NCBI GenBank assembly: GCA_043827025.1
Contig: JBDRPL010000015.1
Span: 1 to 35,884, forward strand
DNA: 35,884 nt
DNA from: Candidatus Micrarchaeota archaeon
GTDB taxonomy: Archaea > Micrarchaeota > Micrarchaeia > Anstonellales > Bilamarchaeaceae
Reading direction: 5' to 3'
Made by a program: the position numbers and the translations under genes. Under the pieces are notes generated by a model that worked only from the letters and a program-made list of their open reading frames with translations, ran no database searches and had not been told where the DNA came from. Positions 27,018 to 35,884 of the stretch are shown in pieces; positions within the stretch are counted from its first letter, which is position 1; each line of letters opens with the position of its first letter.

Positions 27018-27854
27018 ATGAGAATCGTATTAGTCTTATTTTTGATAATGGGCTTAATAGCATTCGGTTGTATAGGTGGAGGGCCAAAGACTTGTAAGAC
27101 AGATAAGGAATGTTCCTCATGGCAAACATGCGACACAGAAAAGAGCATCTGTCTTAACAAGGAAGGCACATGCGAAGTCGATGCCGACTGCAAAAATGAC
27201 CTTACCACTTGCGGAAAAACACACTTCTGTGAATACAAAACAGGTATGTGCGAAAGCGATTTGAATTGTGAAAAGTGGCAAGTTTGCTCATTGGAAGAGA
27301 ACAAATGCGTTGCCGCAGTGGGATTCTGCAGTGAAGACAGCCAATGCCAGACAGACTTCGAATACTGCAAAAAAGAAACCCATAAATGCTCGCCTAAGCC
27401 AGGATTTTGTTCAACTGATTTCGACTGCCTTGGATACGAAACGTGCGAAAACAAAAGATGCTCACCTCTTGAAGGCAGGTGCAATATAGACACGGATTGC
27501 AATGCCTGGGAGATATGCCAAAACAAGACAAGGACCTGCACTGCGAGGAAAGAATTTTGTTCAACTGAACTAGACTGCAACAAATGGGAAAAATGCGACG
27601 ACGAAACAAAAAGATGCATTGCAAAGCAGGGATTCTGTTCAAAGGAAAATGACTGTGAAAGCTGGGAAACCTGCGACACCCGAAGCAAGCACATATGCAT
27701 CCCGAAAGGAGACAGATGCGGTGTTGATATTGACTGTGGAAGCTGGCAGATATGCCACAATACATATTGTATTGCCCAGACAGGAAGATGCACTACAAAT
27801 GCAGACTGCGCAGCTGGCGAAGTCTGCGATGAGAGAACGCACTACTGCCACTGA
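27018..27854 (+). CDS. Lipoprotein-like surface protein with ten 4-Cys repeats
   Basis: Signal MRIVLVLFLIMGLIAFGC; ten copies of Cxx(D/E)x(D/E)Cxx(W)(E/Q)xC-x4-7-C. Confidence 0.9.
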   Translation: MRIVLVLFLIMGLIAFGCIGGGPKTCKTDKECSSWQTCDTEKSICLNKEGTCEVDADCKNDLTTCGKTHFCEYKTGMCESDLNCEKWQVCSLEENKCVAAVGFCSEDSQCQTDFEYCKKETHKCSPKPGFCSTDFDCLGYETCENKRCSPLEGRCNIDTDCNAWEICQNKTRTCTARKEFCSTELDCNKWEKCDDETKRCIAKQGFCSKENDCESWETCDTRSKHICIPKGDRCGVDIDCGSWQICHNTYCIAQTGRCTTNADCAAGEVCDERTHYCH

Positions 27855-27903
27855 TCCTCAATCATCCTTTTTTTATTCGAAAAAATAGAAGAACTTGATT
27901 TTT

Positions 27904-28974
27904 ATGAGAATTGTCCATGTAATTGGTTGCGGCCCTGCAGGAGCTATTGCAGCAATTAATGCATGCACAAAACATGAGGTAATAATGTCTGAAGAGCATC
28001 TTATGGCAGGACTCCCTACTAATTGTTCAGGCATTTTCTCCAAGGAAGGGCTGGAATCATTTTCTGACCTGTTTGATTACAGGCAATTCATTAAAAACGA
28101 AATACACGGCGCAAGGATAGATTTTGCAGGGCAGGAGGTATTCGTGAAAAAGAACACTGCAGTGGGATTTATTTGCGACAGGGCAAAGATAGACCAAAGG
28201 CTTGCACAAGTGGCAGAGGAAAGAGGAGTAAGGATAGAATATGGGAAGAAAATATCGACCAACTACTATTCTGACAATATAATAGGGGCTGATGGGCCTC
28301 TTAGCACAGTTGCGCAAAACTTCAATTTTCCAAAGATAAAAAAGTTCGCCCTGACTATGCAAAAAGAAATCAGATACAAACAGGAAAATACGGATGACAA
28401 AAAAATAGTTGAAATGTTCTTCTCAAATGAAAAATTTCCAGGATTCTTCGCATGGATAATCCCGAGGGATGAAGAGACTGCTGAATTCGGCGCTGGAACA
28501 GTACTCCCGAACAATGCAAGGAAAGCCTGGGACAACTTGCTGAAATTAAAAAACATACCTGAACAGCAAGGAATGAAGGCTGCACTGATACCTCTGGAAA
28601 CAAGAAAAATAACTGGCAGGAAAATCGGGAAAAGGAATGTGATACTGGTAGGGGATGCTGCAGGCCAGACAAAATCCACAACTGGCGGAGGCGTAATTTT
28701 CGGAGGAAGATGTGCTGGGATTGCAGGAAAAAACGCAGACAATCCGCTGAAGTACGAACTTGAATGGCGCGCAAAGTATGGGATGGATTTCTTCCTGCAC
28801 AAAAAGATACATGACTATCTTGAAAAAAAGAGTGACAAGCAGATAGGAGAACTTGGAAAAAAGCTGAAAAAGATGGACTTTGACTCATTCTTGTCAAAAG
28901 ACGGGCATATGGACCTTCCCACAAGAATGATAAGGCCTAATCTGCTGTTGCATCTTATTAAAGGAATAATCTGA
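27904..28974 (+). CDS. Geranylgeranyl reductase-family FAD oxidoreductase
   Basis: GCGPAG, P.NCSG, GADG..S, FAWIIP, LVGDAAG..K.TTGGG. Confidence 0.9.
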   Translation: MRIVHVIGCGPAGAIAAINACTKHEVIMSEEHLMAGLPTNCSGIFSKEGLESFSDLFDYRQFIKNEIHGARIDFAGQEVFVKKNTAVGFICDRAKIDQRLAQVAEERGVRIEYGKKISTNYYSDNIIGADGPLSTVAQNFNFPKIKKFALTMQKEIRYKQENTDDKKIVEMFFSNEKFPGFFAWIIPRDEETAEFGAGTVLPNNARKAWDNLLKLKNIPEQQGMKAALIPLETRKITGRKIGKRNVILVGDAAGQTKSTTGGGVIFGGRCAGIAGKNADNPLKYELEWRAKYGMDFFLHKKIHDYLEKKSDKQIGELGKKLKKMDFDSFLSKDGHMDLPTRMIRPNLLLHLIKGII

Positions 28975-28983
28975 GTTGTAAAC

Positions 28984-30324
28984 ATGGCTTTATTCGGAAC
29001 TAGCGGCATAAGAGGAATTTACGGAAAAGACGTGAACGATGGATTAGCATCCAAGATAACATATATTTTCGCAGGAACATGCAAACAAGAAAAAATAGTT
29101 GTCGGACGGGATACCAGAGAAAGCGGCGAAAGGTTATTTGAAGCTATTGCCAGCACTGGAATGGGGATAATTGATTTGGGAGTTGTGCCAACTCCAACAC
29201 TTGCATTAGCAACCATGAAGCACAAATGCCCTGGCATAATGATAACTGCCTCTCACAATCCACCTGAATACAATGGCTTGAAACTTCTTTTAGATGGCGC
29301 AGAGATCCCAAGAGAAATGGAAAAGAAAATCGAAAAGGAATATTTTGAAACGATCACCAGCGTTGAAAGAAAAGCGCCACATGTGACAAAGGATCATGGG
29401 GCGATTAAAGAACATATGGAAGCCATAAAGAAAGCAGTTGATTCTGAAGGGATAAAAAGCAAAAAATTCAAAGTCATTATTGATTGCAATGGTGCAGGCT
29501 CTGTACTTACGCCTTATTTACTGCAGGAGCTTGGATGCAACGTTCTAAGCATAAATGCAGAAACTTCTGGATTCAACAGGGCTTCTGAACCAAATGAAAA
29601 GAATCTTCAGCACTTGATTGGAATTATGAAAGCAGTTGGAGCAGATGTTGGATTTGCCCATGACGGAGATGCTGACAGAGTGATTGTGATAGATGAAAAT
29701 GGGGAAATTTTGCCATTGGATGTTCAGCTTGCGATAATGATTGAACATGAACTCGATAATGCGAAGACAAATAACAAAACGGAAATCCGAAAAATAATCT
29801 CAACTGTTGAGGCATCACTTCTTATCAGAGAAACAATAGAAAAAAACAAAGGAACCCCGATAATAACAAGAGTGTCAAGCGTTGAAATAAGCGAACTGAT
29901 GAAGAAGGAAAATGCAGTATTCGGAGGCGAGCCCTGCGGAGAATACGTGTTCAGCGGACCTACAAGGGCTCCGGATGGTCCTTTGGCAGTTGCCAAATTC
30001 CTTGAGATAATTACACAGAAAGGAAAGTTTAATGGACTGAAAAGGAAATATGTTCAATATCCCATTCTAAGAGATAAGTTCAAATGCGAAAGGAAATACG
30101 AGGCTGTTGCAAAGATAATCGAACAGGTCAAGCAAATGGAAATTAATGGCAAGATAACAACAATCGACGGCCTCAGAGTGGATGAAAAGGACGGCTGGTT
30201 CTTGATAAGGACAAGCGGAACTGAGCCGATAATACGGCTGACTGCTGAATACCGGGGAATACAAGCACTTGATAGGCGTGTAAAGGAGATAAGCCAAGTA
30301 ATAAAAAGTGTAGTTTCCATCTAA
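28984..30324 (+). CDS. glmM: Phosphoglucosamine mutase / phosphohexomutase
   Basis: FGTSGIRG, TASHNP, DGDADR, GGEPCG, R.SGTEP; next to glmU. Confidence 0.9.
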   Translation: MALFGTSGIRGIYGKDVNDGLASKITYIFAGTCKQEKIVVGRDTRESGERLFEAIASTGMGIIDLGVVPTPTLALATMKHKCPGIMITASHNPPEYNGLKLLLDGAEIPREMEKKIEKEYFETITSVERKAPHVTKDHGAIKEHMEAIKKAVDSEGIKSKKFKVIIDCNGAGSVLTPYLLQELGCNVLSINAETSGFNRASEPNEKNLQHLIGIMKAVGADVGFAHDGDADRVIVIDENGEILPLDVQLAIMIEHELDNAKTNNKTEIRKIISTVEASLLIRETIEKNKGTPIITRVSSVEISELMKKENAVFGGEPCGEYVFSGPTRAPDGPLAVAKFLEIITQKGKFNGLKRKYVQYPILRDKFKCERKYEAVAKIIEQVKQMEINGKITTIDGLRVDEKDGWFLIRTSGTEPIIRLTAEYRGIQALDRRVKEISQVIKSVVSI

Positions 30325-30330
30325 TTTTCC

Positions 30331-31563
30331 ATGAAAGCAGTCATAATGGCAGCAGGCCAGGGAGAAAGGCTGAAACCGCTTACAAACACAAGGCCAAAGG
30401 TAATGCTTCAGGTGGCTGGCAAGCCTATAATCTGGCATCTTATAATGGAAGCCAAAAAGGCAGGTGTAACTGAAGCAGTGGTAATAGTAAAATATATGGC
30501 AAAGATGGTCATTGAATATTTCAAGAAAAACGACCCTGGAATTAAACTCAAGTTTATAGAACAAGGAGACAAATACGGCACAGCTGAGGCAATACTAACT
30601 GCAAAGGACGAAATAAAAGATACTTTTTTAGTGCTGGCAGGAGATACAATCACAGAGGCAAGCATAATAAAACAAGTGATTGGAGCACATAAAACTGGCA
30701 AGATGACACTTGCTCTGAAGAAAGTAAAAAACTCAAAACGCTACGGAGTCATTGAAATAGATTCCAGCAATCGCATAATTTCTATCCAGGAAAAACCTGA
30801 GAAGCCAAAATCCGACCTGATCAATATATCAATATACTGCATGGATCCTACCCTTTTCTCCGAAATGAAGACTGTCAAAAAGTCAGAGCGTGGCGAATAC
30901 GAGATAACTGATCTTCTGATGGGGGCAAAGGCAGTGATAGCAGATGGATTCTGGCTTGACATAGGCCATCCATGGGATTTACTTAAGGCAAATGAATACC
31001 TGCTTGAAAAGATGGATGCAAAGACAGGGCCGATTGAAAACTCAACAATAAATGGAAAAGTAATAATGGAAGAAGGGGCAAAGATAATCCATAGCTACAT
31101 CGAAGGAAATGTTTACATCGGTAAAAACACTGTAATAGGGCCGAATGCTTTCATCAGAGGCGATACTTCCATTGGAGAGAATTGCAGCATCGGTTCTGGA
31201 ACAACCATAAAGAATTCTATCCTTTTTGATAAGGTTAATGCAAAACACCTCAGCTACATTGGAGACTCTATAATTGGGGAAGATGTAAATTTCGGCTCAG
31301 GCACCCAGGTTGCAAATTATCGATTCGATGAAGGCAATGTAAATGTGCTTACAGAAAAAGGCTGGGCCAATTCAGGCACAAAGAAGCTTGGCTGTTTCGT
31401 AGGGGACAACACAAAATTCGGAGTTTTGGCCTGCATAATGCCTGGAAAGCTGATTGGGAATGATTGTTGGATAGGCTCAGGTGTTGAAGTCAACAGGAAT
31501 ATTGCACCTCATACAAAAGTATTTCAGAAACAGGAACTTTTTTTTGGAAAGAATGAGGATTAG
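30331..31563 (+). CDS. glmU: Archaeal bifunctional sugar-1-phosphate nucleotidyltransferase/acetyltransferase
   Basis: AAGQGERL.PLT..RPK, EKP, SERGEYEITD, hexapeptide repeats, HLSYIGDS, NFGSGT. Confidence 0.92.
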   Translation: MKAVIMAAGQGERLKPLTNTRPKVMLQVAGKPIIWHLIMEAKKAGVTEAVVIVKYMAKMVIEYFKKNDPGIKLKFIEQGDKYGTAEAILTAKDEIKDTFLVLAGDTITEASIIKQVIGAHKTGKMTLALKKVKNSKRYGVIEIDSSNRIISIQEKPEKPKSDLINISIYCMDPTLFSEMKTVKKSERGEYEITDLLMGAKAVIADGFWLDIGHPWDLLKANEYLLEKMDAKTGPIENSTINGKVIMEEGAKIIHSYIEGNVYIGKNTVIGPNAFIRGDTSIGENCSIGSGTTIKNSILFDKVNAKHLSYIGDSIIGEDVNFGSGTQVANYRFDEGNVNVLTEKGWANSGTKKLGCFVGDNTKFGVLACIMPGKLIGNDCWIGSGVEVNRNIAPHTKVFQKQELFFGKNED

Positions 31564-31596
31564 AAATTAGCCATTATAAGTTTGCATAAGGCAGGA

Positions 31597-32319
31597 TTAC
31601 TCTTCATGGAGAATTTGCACCTGCTGTTCAAGGAGTTTGACTCGTTGGACTGAAGCTGCAAGCCTTTGCTGTAGCTCTTCAATTGTCTCGCCCTTCTCTC
31701 TAAGCTCGCCCTGCAGTTCTATATTGGCATCCAAAACCAGACTTAGGTCGGCATCTAATTTGGAAGCAAGTGCTTCGGAATTGGTTAACAATTTCCCCTG
31801 AAAGCGAAGTTGTGCAGCATCTCTTATTATTTTGAGTTTAGCTTGAGCAAACTCATTTCCCACTGCAGTAAGCTCATGAGCCATTTCTCTAAGTTCCTGA
31901 GTTCTTACAGCCAATTCACCAGCTAATGATTCACGTTCAGGAAGGCCAATATCCAGATCAATGATTCTGTCATTTGCAGCTGCAAGCGCAGTTGTTGCAA
32001 TATACAGTTCTTCTGTAATTCCAGCCAATTCACGATTCCTTGCCTGGAGCTCCTCAAAACAGCCCTGTGCACGAAATTCTGAAGACGCAAGATCCCCCAA
32101 GGCTGCAGAGAGCTGTCCGCACGCAGTTTCCAGTTCCATCCTGCTTTGTTCAAGTTGTGAAAGAAGCGCAGATCCGACTCTTGTCAAAGCATCTTCGACA
32201 TGTTGCAAAATAGGAACACGTGCAGCTTCTTGTTTCAGAAGTTCGAGTTTGGCTTTCGGCACCACAGCTAAACGTCTGGCAGACAGTGTATCACGAAATC
32301 TGACTCGTTTAAATACCAT
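31597..32319 (-). CDS. Orphan coiled-coil protein
   Basis: Continuous L/A/E heptads after a basic N-terminus; TTTAAA ~25 nt upstream. Confidence 0.8.
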   Translation of the reverse strand: MVFKRVRFRDTLSARRLAVVPKAKLELLKQEAARVPILQHVEDALTRVGSALLSQLEQSRMELETACGQLSAALGDLASSEFRAQGCFEELQARNRELAGITEELYIATTALAAANDRIIDLDIGLPERESLAGELAVRTQELREMAHELTAVGNEFAQAKLKIIRDAAQLRFQGKLLTNSEALASKLDADLSLVLDANIELQGELREKGETIEELQQRLAASVQRVKLLEQQVQILHEE

Positions 32320-32412
32320 CAATAGAAGTATAATGAGAAACCTATTTAAAGTTATTTAATAAGTAAAAAAGTGGTCTTTTCTCAAACAGATTAAAAACAT
32401 GAGTTGAAGATA

Positions 32413-32901
32413 ATGAATAATGAGGGTGAATTGATTTATATCATAGTGGGAGTTGATGCAGGGACTAATGTAGGTTATGCAGTGCTTGACCTAAATGGAA
32501 AGCTGATAGCCTCAGGAGCTGAAAGGGAAGTAGGAGAAGAAAGGATGGTGGAAAAGATAAGGAAGATAGGTATTCCATCCTTGATAGCAACTGATGTTTC
32601 GCCTGCACCGTATTTTGCAAGGAAGATAGGCGCAAGGTTCAATGTAAAGGTCTTTGAACCTAATAAAAGCATGATGGTCAAGGAAAAAAGAAAGATAGGA
32701 AAAAATGCAAAGGTTGATGATCCTCATGTAAGGGACGCGTATTCTGCAGCAATCAAGGCCCACAGATTCTACGCAAACCGGCTGAGGCAGATAGAAAGCA
32801 CGGATAGAATAGACACCGAAGAAAAAGACAGGATGAAACATTTGGTAATAACCGGAACGGCGATTGGAAAGAAAGAAAATGACCCGGCAAAACGAATTTA
32901 A
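32413..32901 (+). CDS. DUF460-like RNase H-fold protein (short form); start uncertain
   Basis: IVGVDAGT..GYAVLDLNG, IATDVSP.P, H.RDA.SAA. Confidence 0.85.
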   Translation: MNNEGELIYIIVGVDAGTNVGYAVLDLNGKLIASGAEREVGEERMVEKIRKIGIPSLIATDVSPAPYFARKIGARFNVKVFEPNKSMMVKEKRKIGKNAKVDDPHVRDAYSAAIKAHRFYANRLRQIESTDRIDTEEKDRMKHLVITGTAIGKKENDPAKRI

Positions 32902-32947
32902 ACTTAAGTATAGAAAATAACCCTTACTAACGATACTAAGTGGTCTG

Positions 32948-34057
32948 ATGATTCCTAATCTTTACAATGGTAATTACAAGTTATTGATAATACCTCCTTT
33001 GATACTGATAGCCGTTGCTTTGTTCTACATTCCACAGATAAAGATGGGCGTTGAATTCACAGGAGGAACTTTGATAAGTCTCAGCCTCAATCAAAATGTG
33101 GGTGCAGACCAGCTTCAGGCAAATCTGGATGCAGAAGGCATGCAGGCTGAAGTCAGGACATTCGATACTGCAGTCGGCCCGATGGCAGAGATAGAGTTGC
33201 CACAGAGCGACCAACTCACTCAAGCAGACAAAACAAAGGAAGAGTTCCTTGCATCTATGATTCAGGTGCAGGCATCCGAGATAAATTCCAACCAGAATGA
33301 CAGTGCAATGGTAGAGTATATTCAAAACAGGAAGCAGGTCAATGAACTTGCCAACACCATGTTCGGGCTTGCAAGATTCCAGAAGAATGCATCATCATAT
33401 GAAAATACAAACCAGTTGCAGAAAAGGTTCGGCGATGCCTACGCAGCAGTTTATTCAAACTACCAGGACACCATCTCCAGCACAATAAGCAAATATGCTT
33501 CCTATAACGCAATATCCGTCAAGACAGTGAGTTCAACTTTATCAGCCAACTTCCTGGAAAAGGCAATACAGGTCGTAATAAGCGCAGGAGTGCTGAGCCT
33601 TATATTTGTTTTCATTTTCATACGCCAGCCTATTCCAAGCATAGCTGTGTTGACAGGCGCTCTTGCAGACATCACAATTGCAGCAGGCGCAATGGGCTTT
33701 TTTGGAATACCATTGACGATTCCATCCCTTGCAGCAATATTGATGTTAATCGGATTTTCACTTGATACTGACATTCTGCTTACAATGAGGATGCTGAAAA
33801 GAGGAGGAAATCCGAGGCAGAACGCATTCGAATCCATGAAAACAGGAATGACGATGAGTATTTGTTCGATTATTGCATTCGGCGCATTGTTCATACTTGC
33901 AATGATGACAAATATCGCGACATATTACCAGATAAGCGCAGTTGCCCTTGCAGGATTAGTTGGCGATCTGTTCGCAACATGGGGAATAAACGCAGTCATG
34001 CTTCTCTGGTACGTGGAGCATAAGAAAGAGAAGGAGAACAAAGAGGGAACACAATGA
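32948..34057 (+). CDS. secF: Protein-export membrane protein SecF
   Basis: GVEFTGGT, VS.TL...F, AAILMLIGFSLDTDILLT. Confidence 0.93.
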   Translation: MIPNLYNGNYKLLIIPPLILIAVALFYIPQIKMGVEFTGGTLISLSLNQNVGADQLQANLDAEGMQAEVRTFDTAVGPMAEIELPQSDQLTQADKTKEEFLASMIQVQASEINSNQNDSAMVEYIQNRKQVNELANTMFGLARFQKNASSYENTNQLQKRFGDAYAAVYSNYQDTISSTISKYASYNAISVKTVSSTLSANFLEKAIQVVISAGVLSLIFVFIFIRQPIPSIAVLTGALADITIAAGAMGFFGIPLTIPSLAAILMLIGFSLDTDILLTMRMLKRGGNPRQNAFESMKTGMTMSICSIIAFGALFILAMMTNIATYYQISAVALAGLVGDLFATWGINAVMLLWYVEHKKEKENKEGTQ

Positions 34058-35745
34058 AATTCGACACAAAAACAAAAGTGATGGCTGTTCTGTTCGTCCT
34101 ATTCCTAATAGGAATATATATGTACCAGCTCTACTCTGGCATGATACTCATACTTTCATTATTCGTTTTCGGTGGCCTCTCATTGATGTGGAAAGAGGAT
34201 CACATAAAGATGATGGGCCTCGGGGCAATGGTGCTTCTTTGTATTATTAGCATAGTAATGAATGGTGTCCATTTTGGAATTGAATTCACAGGTGGAACAA
34301 GAATACCAGTATTGCTTGAACACCCTGTTGACAAAAACACAATGGCTGAAATGACAAACTCCATAAAGAAAAGGGCAAGCGTACTAGGTCTTTCTCAAGT
34401 AAAGGTAAGGGCAGTTGGAGACAGTGAAATCGATATAGAAGTCCCAAGCGAAAATCAGGAATTGATAAGAATGATTGAGGACACTATTGCAAAGCAAGGT
34501 GTCTACATCGGAGTTGTAGATGGAAAAATAGCCATAAGCGGAGAAGAGATCTATAGCCAGTCTGTTGTTCCGGCATCTTCACAGAGCCTCCAAGGCGGGG
34601 CAGACTGGGGAGTCAGTTTCTCAGTCACCAAAAAAGGAGCTGAACAATTTGCAGAAGTGGTCAGGGGAAAACCCAATTATCCGATTTACATGTTTTTGGA
34701 CAGGCCTAATGATGCAGCCGTCTTTGTGACGATGGATGAATTAAAGAAGAATACAAAACAGACTGATAAAAATATAATGGATGCTGCCAATGATGCATTG
34801 ACACTTGGTGAAAACGGAGAGACTATCCCTGTTTACGTGATCGGAAAAGACAATGATTATTTTTCTAAAACAAACAAAACAAAGGCAATAATATCAAAGC
34901 AGGCATCCCAAAGCTTCAAGGATGAACTCGTATCAAAAGGATTTATCATATCTGAACAGGAAAACATGGTTCCGACATATCTCGAAGGCGGAGGCACAGA
35001 CACCAGATCATTTGCAGTGGCAACGTGGGAAGCTGTAGGATTGCTTGACACAAGGTATCTGGCACCATCCATAACCCAGGGAATACCGAACTACCATTAT
35101 CAGATCACAGGTGTTGTTGACGAAAAAGGAGCTGACTCCAGAAGTTCAATAAAGCTTGCACAGGCAAGGATAGAATCCATCCTAAAAGGAGGTGCATTGC
35201 CAGTGCAGATTTCTCTTGGAGGGCGAACCACTCTTCCTGCAACACTTGGAAGCGAAGTACAGAAATACAGCATAATAGGCATAGTTGCTGCCCTTGTTGC
35301 AATTTCATTGTTCATAGGGATTAGATATATGCACATCAAGGCAATAGCACCAATAATAGTAATATGTATCTCGGAATTGATAATTTTACTGGCAATATTA
35401 GGTGCAGGGGCATTTACAATTGACTTGCCTGCAATGGCAGGAATCATAGCTGCAATAGGTGTCGGAGTCGACGCACAGGTAGTTATTACTGATGAATTGC
35501 TCAAGAAAGATGGCCATAAGCTTGCAGAGAAAGTGGATCATGCATTCACCATCATAAGGACAAATGTTGTTGTTGCAATTATTGCGATGATGCCTCTGCT
35601 TTTCTCTGATCTTGTAGAGGTCATAGGATTCTCAATTGCTGCGATAATAGGTTCATTGCTTGGTTACCTGCTGACAAGGCCAGCATATGCAATACTTGCT
35701 GAGAAGCTGTTGATTGATACTAAAGAAGAGAAAATAAATGCTTAA
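34054..35745 (+). CDS. secD: Protein-export membrane protein SecD
   Basis: GIEFTGGTRI, L.GGALP, TLG, IDL.AMAGIIAAIGVGVDAQVVITDE; ATGA overlap with secF. Confidence 0.93.
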   Translation: MKFDTKTKVMAVLFVLFLIGIYMYQLYSGMILILSLFVFGGLSLMWKEDHIKMMGLGAMVLLCIISIVMNGVHFGIEFTGGTRIPVLLEHPVDKNTMAEMTNSIKKRASVLGLSQVKVRAVGDSEIDIEVPSENQELIRMIEDTIAKQGVYIGVVDGKIAISGEEIYSQSVVPASSQSLQGGADWGVSFSVTKKGAEQFAEVVRGKPNYPIYMFLDRPNDAAVFVTMDELKKNTKQTDKNIMDAANDALTLGENGETIPVYVIGKDNDYFSKTNKTKAIISKQASQSFKDELVSKGFIISEQENMVPTYLEGGGTDTRSFAVATWEAVGLLDTRYLAPSITQGIPNYHYQITGVVDEKGADSRSSIKLAQARIESILKGGALPVQISLGGRTTLPATLGSEVQKYSIIGIVAALVAISLFIGIRYMHIKAIAPIIVICISELIILLAILGAGAFTIDLPAMAGIIAAIGVGVDAQVVITDELLKKDGHKLAEKVDHAFTIIRTNVVVAIIAMMPLLFSDLVEVIGFSIAAIIGSLLGYLLTRPAYAILAEKLLIDTKEEKINA

Positions 35746-35749
35746 TCAA

Positions 35750-35884
35750 TGTGACCGAAGGGACCCCACAGCAAGCTGATAGGGTATGCCCCATTCGGTC
35801 ACAGCTTGTCGTGACCTTGAGGTCACGAACATGATCGTGAATACAAAACATTCGCGACATTGAAAAACTGGGTTTCGCTGCACA
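35750..35884 (+). other. Structured non-coding hairpin array, right part; continues into 56-162
   Basis: 10-bp stem TGTGACCGAA/TTCGGTCACA (35750-35759/35794-35803) with inner helices; TCGTGACC-TTGA-GGTCACGA (35809-35828). Confidence 0.7.
35830..35884 (+). repeat. Terminal direct repeat, right copy (identical to 1-55)
   Basis: Exact 55-nt match. Confidence 0.97.

Overview
A 35.9-kb archaeal segment. GGTGA-type SD sites, TTTAAA boxes, a group II chaperonin, archaeal SRP54, secF-secD, GGR, GlmM/GlmU and many orphan ORFs suggest a DPANN lineage such as Micrarchaeota or Iainarchaeota (inference). The first and last 55 bases are identical, so it is either a circle or an assembly loop, and a hairpin array runs across that junction. 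Housekeeping content: thermosome, OTC, SRP54, RNase P RNA (6972-7236, -), intron-containing tRNA-Ala(CGC) (18049-18200, -), EndoQ-like nuclease, DUF62, GuaAB, HAD, GGR, GlmM, GlmU, DUF460, SecF and SecD. Two accessory blocks stand out. (1) 20994-26266 is a tightly coupled four-gene operon of paralogous modular proteins built from two shared, unrecognised helical domains, a long coiled coil and Pro-rich linkers. It ends in a single-pass protein with a TonB-C/AgmX-PglI-like C-terminal domain and is the best candidate for an undescribed system. (2) 7359-15774 holds large helical orphan proteins, one carrying two different ~50-aa tandem repeat types. The OTC carries motifs of the Giardia/metamonad catabolic type. 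No integrase, transposase, Rep protein or CRISPR array was seen. All family assignments come from motif recognition by eye; no searches were run.
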